A stretch of DNA of 64,000 nt from Lingula anatina. Its lineage: Eukaryota; Animalia; Brachiopoda. Below are positions 35,101 to 47,100 of the stretch, one piece after another; the first letter of the stretch is position 1; each line of letters starts with the position of its first letter. A model generated the notes under the pieces. The model saw only the letters and a program-made list of their open reading frames with translations. It did not search any database and was not told the origin of the DNA. The DNA lies in the NCBI GenBank assembly GCA_051362555.1, contig CM120641.1, positions 32,060,401 to 32,124,400 on the forward strand, given 5' to 3'. Position numbers and translations under genes: made by a program.

Positions 35101-38100
35101 AATTTTAGTTCTTCGTTTATTCATTTATATGGTTCTATTCGGTCATGGGAATTCATATTCAATGCATAGGTTTCCACGCGAAATACTGACGTGACCCAGT
35201 TTTACAACGCTACTGCTTTCACAAAAGTTACCCGTAAATCAATAGAAAATCTTCTCCAAGTTTATAAAAACAACGAAGGCCACTTTATTTGCTCCTTTTT
35301 TATCAGTGAATATTCGTAAACTATAAAAACAAACAACAGGCAGTCTGAATTTCGGAACATGAAGTGACAGAGAAAGTGTATTCTTGACACGTGATTAAAT
35401 GGTGTCAAGAACAGTTGCCTCGTTTCGCTGCGTCTCTCATACTTCACAGAACTGCGAAAACGAGGCACTTACAGGGAGATCGTAACTGCTTGTTATTTTT
35501 AGGCATACGCGCATGCGTATTTCCGTTACTGCTAAATCAAGTGCTCAGAAGCATGGGATTACGTATGTAAACAGAAAATGCCATATTTGCTTAGAAATAA
35601 ATATAATTTGCAGTTAGCATGAGTGAAAATATACTTTGTCGTTCCATTCAGCCCAACGAGGCGGTGCTTTTGACAAATTTCAGCGAGGCGCTTGCAAATT
35701 TCAGCGAGGCGGGCGCCTCGCTCATTTAAGTGCAGGGGAAACACTGCAGATATACTGCCACACAGGTAAGAAAATTAAGATCAGTTAAAGCAGGTCTTAC
35801 CTGGTAAGATTGCTATATTGCACTAAAAAAATTCCGTGAAACCTCTTCTGTTTTTTTATGAATACCAAAGGCTACCAGTCAGTTGAGAAAATTTATAAAT
35901 ATGAAATGATAGATTTCTGAGATCAACATTGGAAAAAAGGGCAACTTTTGGTCACAATTTCTTGCCATTTTTGTACTACAAGTGGTATCCATCCCTTGAA
36001 CTCTAATTGGTTAAAATTGTGGTAACAGCTGCTTGGGTTTTTTGTTTAATGCTGGTAGGAAAGGTTTGTAACTAAGACTTTTTTGTAGTATATTTTTTCT
36101 TTATTTACTGTTCTCCCCATAAGCCAATTTTGCTTTAGATCATGTCCTCCATACACAGAAACATGTTTTTGAAATATTTTTGGCACATTTTTTAAAGACC
36201 TACTCTAAATGTAGAATTCCCAATTTTGTAGGAAAGGTGAAATAGATTTAACTTTACATTTTACGCATATAAGGTTATCAGATTAATGTTTATTCATTTA
36301 AGTATAATTATGAATGAGAGAGTTAACTCTGGAGACAATATTAACAGTGTTAATACACACACACAAGGTTATTAGATTAAAGCAAATTCTTCTATGTATA
36401 ATTATGAATGAGAGAGTTAACTCTGGAAGAAATTAGTGTTGATAAGACTGCAATTGTAGTAAAAAGGTAACAGATCATTTGTTACTTTTATCCAGCTCTG
36501 AAAGCCATAAACATTGTGTATAATATGTCCTCATATTTCCAGATTCCTCATGGGAAGAAGTATGGGAAGGACGCAGTTCTGAAGGCCATAAACTCCATGT
36601 GTGATGTGCCTTTTATGCCTTATCATGTAAGCCACCAAGTAATAAAATATATTAATACCACTTTGATTAAGATGCCATTGCTCTGTTATAAACAATTATT
36701 ATACATTGCATATTTAAAAGATCATTGATAAAGTAAAGGAACATGGTATTTTGGATTTTCATACTTAGATGGCCTTTTAGTGAATTAAATTTTTTGTGTG
36801 TTAATTTAAGTGCAAATGTGCACTTGACTTCTTGTAAGCTAACAACTCAGATACTTAAATGTTTTACAGTGACAGTTTAAAGTTTTGAATATCTTGACTC
36901 TCCTAAAAACTGTTTATGATCATGAAATTGCACTTCTGTGAAATAACCCAAGGCACAGCTATGCTAATGTCAGCCACGCTAAGTTCTTGTACCAAGTAAA
37001 CATGCAATTGCCAAACAAATAATAATTAAGGTCTTACTGTTCTCTAATCAAAGTAGTTACTTTTTAATGACTTAAAGAAGAAACAATATTTTCTTAATAG
37101 ATTCAGAATAAGATTTCAATTGTTTTCCAGTATCACCATAAGGGTGGTAATATGGCAGAGTTCTTTGTCCAAGACAACAAGGCTGCAGATGCAATAAGGA
37201 GGGCATCAAGACGGTACACATTTCCTAATGGTTTTAAAGTAAGTCAGCTTTGACTGTTGACCTTTCTGGATTACTTTTGAGAGGTAATGGGGGTTCATGG
37301 TAATTTGTGGAAATTTTGTGCTGCTTTTTTCAAACAGTGGGAATTGTGTTTGTATGGTTTGTTATTAGTTCACAGCACTTTTGATGGGCATTTTATGTTT
37401 TGAAGAATGTTTTTTATGTTGTGTGTTATTTAAAATAAGTATTCTTTTATATCTCTGTTGCTCTCTTGTGGACTTATATTTCATTAATCTTGGTTTTTGT
37501 AATGTCCAGATGGTCATTCTTGTGCGGCCTTGTGGTGCGCCCAGCCTTCCAATGGATGATAATACAATTGAGAAGTTGAAGGTAAACTAAGAGCAAAAAA
37601 GAATGAAACAACACAAAAAAATGATTGAAATATAAGGTGTATAGAAGCTGTAGAGATAATAACCTTTGTTAATGAATTAATGTATATTTTGAAGCAAATG
37701 ATTGTTAATTATGCAACAAAATACCTTCATTGCCATGCTAACTTTTAACAGAGCTGAAAATAATGTTAAGGTTCAGGTATATTGTATAAAGTATGTCTGG
37801 TAGAATTTCTTTGTTAGTTATGCACTTCTGTTATTTTGTTCAATAGATAAGTATGAGTAATCACTATGATCCAGCTACCAGGTCTTTGGACCTCAGCAAC
37901 TTCTATGCTGATGAAGGTAATGGCTCAATTCAGACTCATTTCCACTTCTGACATTTTTGTCAGTGCCTTTGATATTTTCATTTGCAATTCTCTGTGTTTG
38001 TAACTGGATTTTTAATGCAAGTAAAATATTTTTTAAGGATAACCTCTTTCAAAAGTTATTGATTAAGACTTGTTTGTTTAAAGGTATTGTCTACTTATAC

Positions 38101-41100
38101 AGTGGCTTTTAAGAAATTCAAGGATATTATTTATTGAAAATTTATTTATAGACTTTCTATTTTTATCTTCTATAAGCATTGAATAAAGAAGGCATCCACC
38201 TGGCTTTAAACAAAGTCAATGTAATGGTCAATGTATTAAAGATCATTGGTGAAAATATTCCTGAGGTAAGTAAGGGCATCTAGTGCATATAAATGTGAAG
38301 CTGTAGTCTGAATTGAAGTAAAATTTTTTAAAGAATTCAAATATATAATATTCTTGTATTTGGACACTCAGCATAGACATACCTGTTTTTTTTCTAGCTT
38401 AACTGGTCATGTATAGAGTTGCAAAAAGAATGAATGTAAGCATGTGCTATGCATTTGTACATACACATATGTGCCCCCATATACAGGTATAGGAAGTACT
38501 TCTATTAATGGCAATCTGTTTTGCTGCTCAGATTTAAGATTGGTTGAAATGCAAACAATTTACAGTGGTACATGTAAACATCAGACTTAGCCATTTAAAT
38601 CTTACCAGCAACAATGACTGTATTAATGTATTTTTCAGGTTGTTTCAGTCAGTTTCTCCAACAACAGACTGTACACTTGTGATAATTTAGTGGAACTGTC
38701 AGAAAAAGGACCCAACATAAAGAAACTAGATCTTAGTCATAATCAGGTTTGAACTTTTAAAAGAATAGTTAAAATTTTATTTTGAAGAATAACTGATGTG
38801 AGAGATTACAAATATGATGTGAACTCAAATTAATAAATTTAAAATTAGTTTGTATTATTATGATAAGTATGGTCTAGCTTTAAATTGCTCTCCCAACTGG
38901 ACTTCTTTGATTCAGTCTGTATTATTTTCATTGGATTTTTTTGTCAAATAAATGCAAAATAAATCTTTCATTGATTTTATATACAAGTTTCTAATTTTGA
39001 ATAATTTAATTTTCCTCTGTTAAACAGTTGAAAGGAGAACAAGAGCTGGACAAAATCAAGAAATTGAAGTTGGAAGAGCTGGTTTTGGAAGGCAATCCTT
39101 TTGTTATGCATCAGAAAGACCAATCTGCTTATGTCAGGTAATGTTTGGTTGGGGCAGTGCCCCACTGGGCTGAGTTGGTACATGGCCTTAACTGGACTTT
39201 GGTCAAGTTGGTCATGGTAGATTTAAAACAGTGAGGCTGATGAGGCTTAAAATTCAATATTTCTGCTGGTCAAGAACTTGGGAAGTGGTAAAAATGAAAG
39301 GGGTTGAAACACTGCCAAAGCTGTCCTAAAAATATGGCTTTTAATGTCATCTCCTTTTTAGGAAATTTCGATAGGCTGCTTATGCTTCATAAAATGAAAT
39401 AAACTGAAGTTTGAAAGTTGCAAGCAAAATTGTGATGTGCCTCAAAATTGTACTCAAATAAGTCGTGGTAAAAATGATTGAGCCTTGGTTGGTGAAAGTG
39501 GCTGCTTGAATGGCAATAAAGTATGGGAGCTTGTGTTTTTTAGGGTGTAATACACCCCTACATCAAGTGGAATATTTACCACTGTGAACTTCAACCTCTC
39601 TCTCTCTCACACGCCCGCGCACACACATGAGAAGATAACACATACCTCTTGTTGTTTTTAATTCAGCTACATGCCGTCATTTAAATCTTCTGTAAGTTGT
39701 GAATGTTTCATAATATATTGTGACAGATGACCTATCAGTTGTATGATCTTATGGTCTTAAATATATATTTTGTGGTTTAAGTACTTACCTCTTCCAGATT
39801 GTCTGAATAAGGTTTTGAACAAATACTGTTGGCAACTGAAAACATTTAAAGAAATATTTGATCCCCCATCCTTTCACCAAAGGCAATTATTTGCCATTTT
39901 CTCAGACATATTCTTGTATGTCTTTCATTATCTTATTTTTCATGCCTTTACCAGATGTTTTTTCCAGATAGGATTTTTCCCATCTATATTTCATCATTCT
40001 TAACACATTTCATAAACCTTTTCTTTAAAATAAAATTCATCATTTACCTTTAATCCTTTTTGCTGAAGAGAAGAAATTTCCACAAAAATACCCAACCCAA
40101 GCTGTTGGAATGTGAATTATAATGTTTACAAACAAATAACTTATATTTTATGGTAAATTACAATTAGACAATTTTTTTTCACCTGTACAAACTCTCGCGT
40201 CATCAGCACTGCATTTTTAGATGGGAATTCTGTATGCTGCTGGTCTTCCATTTGCATCCTCTTATTCCATTTCTGCCTTTGGAATATCAGGTGCCTGTTC
40301 TGGAAGATCTAGAACAGCTACTGTCCTTGAACACAATAACTTTTTGTGCCTGTGTAGTATATGACTATTTTGTCAAGGAGTCAGCCATGTTCCAAATGTA
40401 TTGAAAAAAATCAATGATCTTTTTTCCCCCGAAGGATGTACATGACATAAATACTGTTACAGTGTTTGAAGTATTTTGGTGCACTCCTAATGTAATTCCT
40501 GATAATCTGATATCATTAAAATGACACCCCCATCAACAGAAGATGTGCCCAAATGGGAGACATGCTGCCACCTAGTGGGGGTTAGTGTTACTAACATTCT
40601 AAGAGATGTATCACCTGAGGTGAACTGCAGGTTTCTGCAGATTGAACATGTGCCTTTGAACTATGTCTGTCATTATGTGTTATGTTTTGATAGTTATGGT
40701 TGCCCTTTTATTTAGGTCATTTGGAGTTGCTTTTCTGCAGTTGTTTAATAACTGATATTTGTTTTTTATCCACTTCTTATTTCAAAGTAATGCTGTTGTT
40801 TCAAAGTTTTGTTTTTTAGTCATCACAAATTTTGTGAAATGTTATTTGACTTTTTTGTTTTGTTTTAGCTGAATTTCAACTCAATAACTTTTTGAAATAG
40901 TGTGCAGGGTTTTTGATATTGTAAGATGTTTATTTCTGTTGTTTGAAATATAACTTAGTAATGTAGTGAATTCATCCTACATTTGTTTCTGTTAAATATT
41001 TATACTGTTGCAGTATTTTTTTGATGTGAAATATTTTTCAGTCATAACTTTCAGTTGCTGTCTTACAGTACTTGATACAAAGTTAGGACTGACAAATGTG

Positions 41101-44100
41101 GTTAAAGAAGGTAAGATCTCTCTCAGAGAGGCGACCTAAGACAAAACTAACCATCACACTGAAACAATATGGCAACCAGATGACAGTGAAAGAGCACTTG
41201 TGGTTTGGAAACAAGACTCGTTTTTCTGTTAGCTCTTGAAAATCTAACAAGAGAGTTGGCTGTTTTTTATGCTGTCCCCATGATGATATGGGGTTTAGAA
41301 GTCAGGGATGAGATTGATTCTTTATTCCCAGTTTATAGTTGACTTCATAATGGGAAGTAAAATTGGGAATGTTCCTTGTTGTTAATACATATATTGTGTC
41401 TCTGACCTTAATGTTATTGATTGTAATTTTTTTTTGCTGATGGGCATTGTTATCCCTTGAACTGTACTCTATTTTTGAATACAAAATGAATTGAGTTTTG
41501 AGAATTTTTAAAATGTTTTTCACTAATAATAACTTGGGCTTTTTGGAATTGGCTGATTGCTTTTCAAAATATTGTTATTTAAAGGCCAGGGGCTCTTTGT
41601 TTTACCATGAAAATGATATGATATTTATATATCACAGATTGTTTATGGACAATATAGAATTCCTGAATGTTGTTAAAGATGACTTGTACAATGAACACTT
41701 TCCTGGTTGCGTTAAACTTCTGTCAGCTCCACTTGCTTCTTACTTCCTAAATGAAACATGTTCCATCATATATGTACGCAGCAGAACTGTGTGGCTTTCT
41801 GTACTCTGCAATATTATTTACAATCACCATGTATTATCGCCATAATAATCATTCCTCCTTTCGTGGTTGCTTCATTTGTTCTGCTTAGGACATCTTAATC
41901 CTCGTGATTACCATTTCTACATTGTTGTTTACCTTGTCTTCAAAAATGGCTTTTGCCAAAAGAATTTGTGAGGTTTACAAACTGCCTGAAGTCTATGTGA
42001 TCAGAATAAAGTGATCTTCATATAGTGAAGGCAGAAGTATTCCTAATTCATTCTCATTGTCTCATAAAGTTTGAAGTCTCTGTGATAGAGCAAAATAAGA
42101 ATGAATCTTCACATAGTATGCTCAGATCTCATTTGTCATATAGTATTAATTCATTTTCTATCCATATCCAAACATTGCAGCAAAACTTTTCACTCTTTGA
42201 TTTGATATCTAAAGCACCTCTTTTGTGTTTTTAAGTGACTTGACTGCCTGTCCTTTATTTCTTCTTTACATATGTGGCAGTTAGGTTTATTTCTAGTCTT
42301 GTTCCTCAAAAGTTGGTAGCAGGGACCTTTTTGTTGCATTGACTGAAGGAGGGGAATATAATTATAGAAAAATCCATTGTAGATATGCTTAATGAATGTG
42401 ACTTGGTATCATTTTTAATAAAAAGAATTATTCACAACAAAAGGTATGTGTTTTCTTCTAATTCTTCCTTATCTTGGTAAGCTTCTTTGGTTTTGAACCT
42501 TTTTCCTAATTGTATTGGATCAGGTTTTAAAGGAGTTTGGTTGGAAATGTGAAGGAGTGTGTATGTGTACAGGTTGTAAGTGTTTTCTGGTGTATCACTT
42601 TAACTTACTTCATACAGGTTATGGCAAAGTGAGGAAAACTCCCTTACTGTTTCCAATTTATTGAAAAAATACTCAAAATCAATCTTGATTAACACCATGC
42701 CTTTCTGAAGTAGACTATGTAGTACACAATAATTATTTATATTTAGCATGGTGCATAATTTGAAGAAACAAAATTGGAATAATTGATAGTTCATTAGTTT
42801 TATAAGGAGTTGTGTGGAGAGATTTAGTTTGGCAGTACTTGGAAGCAGATGGTGAGATTTGAAGTCCATGCACTTGAGGAGAGCAGTGGTACTGTATTTT
42901 CACCCTGTTAAATGTCATGAAGATTTCACTTGAGAAAATATATTAGGGTGTATATGGATAAAGTATCCATTTTGTGATAAATGAAAGAGTTGCAGTTTAC
43001 TGCTTCATGAAATATTGGCAGAATACCAACTCTACTTTGACTCAGGTTGCATGTTTTTTCTCGACACCTATGCTCTGTGTTAGCCAGTCAGATGGAGTAA
43101 CTGCTTCTGATATCATGTGCTATCCACTTAAATTCTGTCTATAGCATGACTTAATGGGTGAACATGACAGGATGCTATATGATTATCAACCTCTACCAAG
43201 TTGGTGTTCAGAAAAAAAAGTTTTTTTAGCACTGTCCATTTTTTCAAGCTTTGAGTATAAGTATGTCTTGCATATCCTCATATTGCCTGAGAGTTATTTC
43301 AGGGCCACAGACTCTTTAAGTAATTGTGACATTACTTGTTCACCATGGTGTTTCAGCGCTGTTCGTAAGAGGTTCCCTAAGGTGTTAAAGTTGGTAAGTA
43401 GACAGAGTTTGAGACTTTAAATTTGTCACAATGAGTGAATTGCTCACCTTCCAAATGAAAGATTTTTTGACAGCATCAAACATCATTTTGAATTTAGTTG
43501 TTTTAAAGGAAGGAAGGAAAAAAGTATATCATTTAAAAATTAACAGATTCTTTTGATTTTATATTTAAGGAACAAATTAAGTTTTAATTTTCATAATTTT
43601 AATATATTGTATTTAGATAAATAAGTGACATACAGTAAGTTTGGTATTCTCCAGGACGGCAAAGACTTACCACCTCCCATAGGTTTTGACCTGGAATCCC
43701 CTACTGACCTACCCACCAAGCAAGGCAGTTATTTCATGAATGAGGAAGTGAAAAATTTGGTCGTGAGGTTCTTAGAACAGTAAGTGGCTGTGATTTTGGA
43801 CATTATAACCTTGAATTCTGTGTTAGGACCTTTTAGACAAAGAAGTATCCTTTTTGATGAGGTCTTTGTGTCTCATGTTCCAGCTTGCATGGTCTCAGTT
43901 TGAAGTGGTCAGCAGGTCTCTCTTTGAGTCTGCATCTTGTCTCACTATTTCCAAAACCATAACAACAGTTGATGTATTTGGCAGATTTAACTTTTCAGCA
44001 GATGCTATTTGTAGCTTTAGAGATAAGAGTATATGTATTATATTTATTTTAAACATTTTGGTGATTTTCTGAAGGAAGCAACTGAGTTGTCTGTATTTTA

Positions 44101-47100
44101 TTCCAGATATTTTAGCATTTATGACAGTGATGACAGACAAGGACTGCTGGAGGCATACCACAATGAAGTAAGTTGTCCTTGTTTACCCTGAGTCTTTCTG
44201 TTGTGAAGTCATGAGATGTTGTAAATGTAACATTATGATGTTCAAAGTAGTATAAAGGAAAATTTTGTGCCAAAACCAATTTCCTTGGGAAAAAAATAAT
44301 TTTCTCTTAATTTCAAATCTTTGCTAGACCTTTCCCTGCACTTAGATCTGATTTATTGTTCCAATTTTACATAAATGATTGAATTTTTAATCAATCATGA
44401 TTTATTCAAGCTGACATCCTTCTTCCTGGCATTTCATGATTTGCCCAGAAACACCATGACCTTGTTTTCATTTTACAGTATGAAAATTAACGCTGAGTTC
44501 TGTTTCTTGTATATAATATTATATCGACAGAATTCATTTATGACATGAAATCAATGCCAGGCTTAGCCTTGCAAAAATCTGAAAGTTGGTTTGGCCCCTG
44601 GCTATTTAAGTATTGCATTTTCAACCACTTTATTAAACTGACTAGTGGAAAGTTCTTTATTGTTTTAGATTAATTTTTCTTTGTCTGAAGATTTCATCCT
44701 CATACTAGTAAAAATAGTAGTTTGAAAAGGCTAAAAGGTTAACAATGCATGCTGCATTATTGTTATTTAAAGACAAGTTGGTTTCTCTGTGACTTAACTA
44801 ATAGGATTATAAAGGAAAATTTATAATAGAAGGTATATTTTCATAGTTCATGAAATTGTTTGTAGATGTTTTTATTTAATTTTTTTTATTCAGGCAACCT
44901 TTTCAGTGAATATTGCACAAAACTTGACACTGGTAACAAAGTAAGTACATATGAGCATAGGAAGTGACCTAGTAAACAAATGAAAATAATTTATTTGGCT
45001 AATACATACCTAAAATATTGGTTTCACCAGACATTGTTTTCTGTCTGATCTCTAAAAAATGAAATCTAAAAACATCAAAGTTAGAGATGTGAAAATTCAA
45101 TGATAAATTAACGAATGTGTTAAAAGGGCAATTGAATTAAAAATTAGAGATAAAATGAGCAACAGCTGAAGGATAAAAGCTTTTACTGCCTTTGAAATGT
45201 TGCTCATGTTGCTAGGTAAAAATTTAAACAGTAAACGCAGGGTGATATAAGTCACTCATTGTGTTGTCTTATCTCTTCTCCACTCTCTCCACATAAATGC
45301 TCTTGATGGTAAAGCATGACCAATCATCTTACACTTAAGTATTGATGATGTTGTTCATTTTCCTTTTATCTTCCCCCAGTTGCACAACCAAACCATGTAA
45401 TTATTGCAAATTTTAAATGCTCTTCACTGTAGATCTGTAAAAGTTTAAAGTTTAGTAAATTACTTGGTGCTATAGCTTTCTTAGGAAATAAATTTTCTGT
45501 GGTTAAAATTTCAAGATAAGAGCAGAATCAGTGTATATTTGTCTTTGTAATTTAGGTATTCCGTTGTTTATCTGTAAAGTCTGTTGATTGGTAGAAAATA
45601 TCCTGGAAATATGTACGTACATGTATGAATTAAGACATGAAATGATTGCTGTTATTTTCCTTTGAAAAAAAAAACTGTGTAATTGTCCTTTTGATTCATT
45701 CAGTTGTATAGTTGATACATACAGTTGATATATACAGTTGTATAGTTGATAAGGTGGTTGAATTGTGGATAAAATTTATGTTTTAGTTATCCAAAATACC
45801 ACGACTACCTCTCAGAGAGCAGAAATCTTGTGAAGGTCAAAGATCCAGGTGAGTTTTAGCATTAGCATTGATGAGCTGATGTGCCCACTTTTTCATATTA
45901 CCAGAAGATAAGTATTGGGAGGTATTTACATGTTTCAGAACTGATTTATTTTCCACCTTTGTCCAATAGGTACTGAGAAAAACAGTCATCATCTAAATTG
46001 AACAATTTTATTTTTGTCAAGGGAATTAGGTTTTTAGAGATTATGCAGCTAGTATTACTTTCTGTGAAAGTGTGCAAATTTCATAGGGTTTAAGGTACAG
46101 TTAGATGATGAACTTTTTTGTAAAGTAAAGATTGAAAGCACTTGAATGTATCGTCTTCATTGTCTGTTTGATAGTCAAAAGAAACAAGTGCCTGAAACAA
46201 GGAAAACTGAATGTGGTGGCAGCACTGTGCAACCTCCCCAAGACATCCCATGATGCAAACTCTTTTGTTCTAGATGTTACAAATGCTACGGTAAGCAGTT
46301 CAAGTGATACGATTGCCATTTTTCTACTTTCCTAGGCTTTTAGGTTTACAAATCCTTTATTGATTAAAAAAGCTACTTTTTTGTAATCAGTAATTCTGTT
46401 TTTCTGTAACACAGATTAAACCTAATAGAATAGTAAATTATTGAGCAAAATAAACATTTTTATTGTGGCCAGAACAAAATGTTCCCCATATGTTTATGAT
46501 ATATTCTCTTACATTGTAGCAACATCTTTTGAGCTTCATTGTCTCTGGGATATTCAAAGAGAGTGAGTATGAACAAAAAAATAATAACATGCACTTTTAA
46601 ATATATACATGCATCATGGAGTACAGGAACAAAACATCTAGCATGTCATGAGAATTATCTTTAGTGTGCACTTGGCTTTATTATCCCTAAGCTGCTCAAG
46701 GAAGCATGTCAGACAATTTAGTTGATTACAGTGATTGCACTTTAGTGAGAATCCCTTCAGAGTTGGATCCAACCAGCTGGTATGATGTCTAAAGCTGAAT
46801 GGGTCCTAAATTTGCCCTCGATTTCCAACCCAAAATATTGATGAGTAATTATCAGTAAGAACATTATTCAGACTTGAAGTAAGAGACAGACGATGTCTAA
46901 GTCTGCCCCAGATTTCCCCTATGTATTTCTCAGATAATTATCAATTATAACAAACTGCATTTCTTCCAGGTGACACCAAGTCAGACAAGCCTCCTGTCAG
47001 ATACTTTTCCAGACATTTTGTTACTGTTCCACAAGGCTCTGGGTAAGTAGGTGCATGAAGAGGACTGGCTCATTGAACAGTATCTTTGTATATATGTGGA

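Larger units (their letters stand above)
39138..43356 (+). other. NXF1 cassette intron (homologous to vertebrate intron 10), candidate retained intron
   Basis: Flanked by exons of exactly 110 and 37 nt, the known conserved nxf1 cassette. It is the largest intron of the gene (4219 nt), with an in-frame TAA at 39139-39141. Confidence 0.85.

Noticed and set aside
36303-36426. 31-bp direct repeat in NXF1 intron 5
   Set aside because: A simple local duplication with no structure or coding potential.
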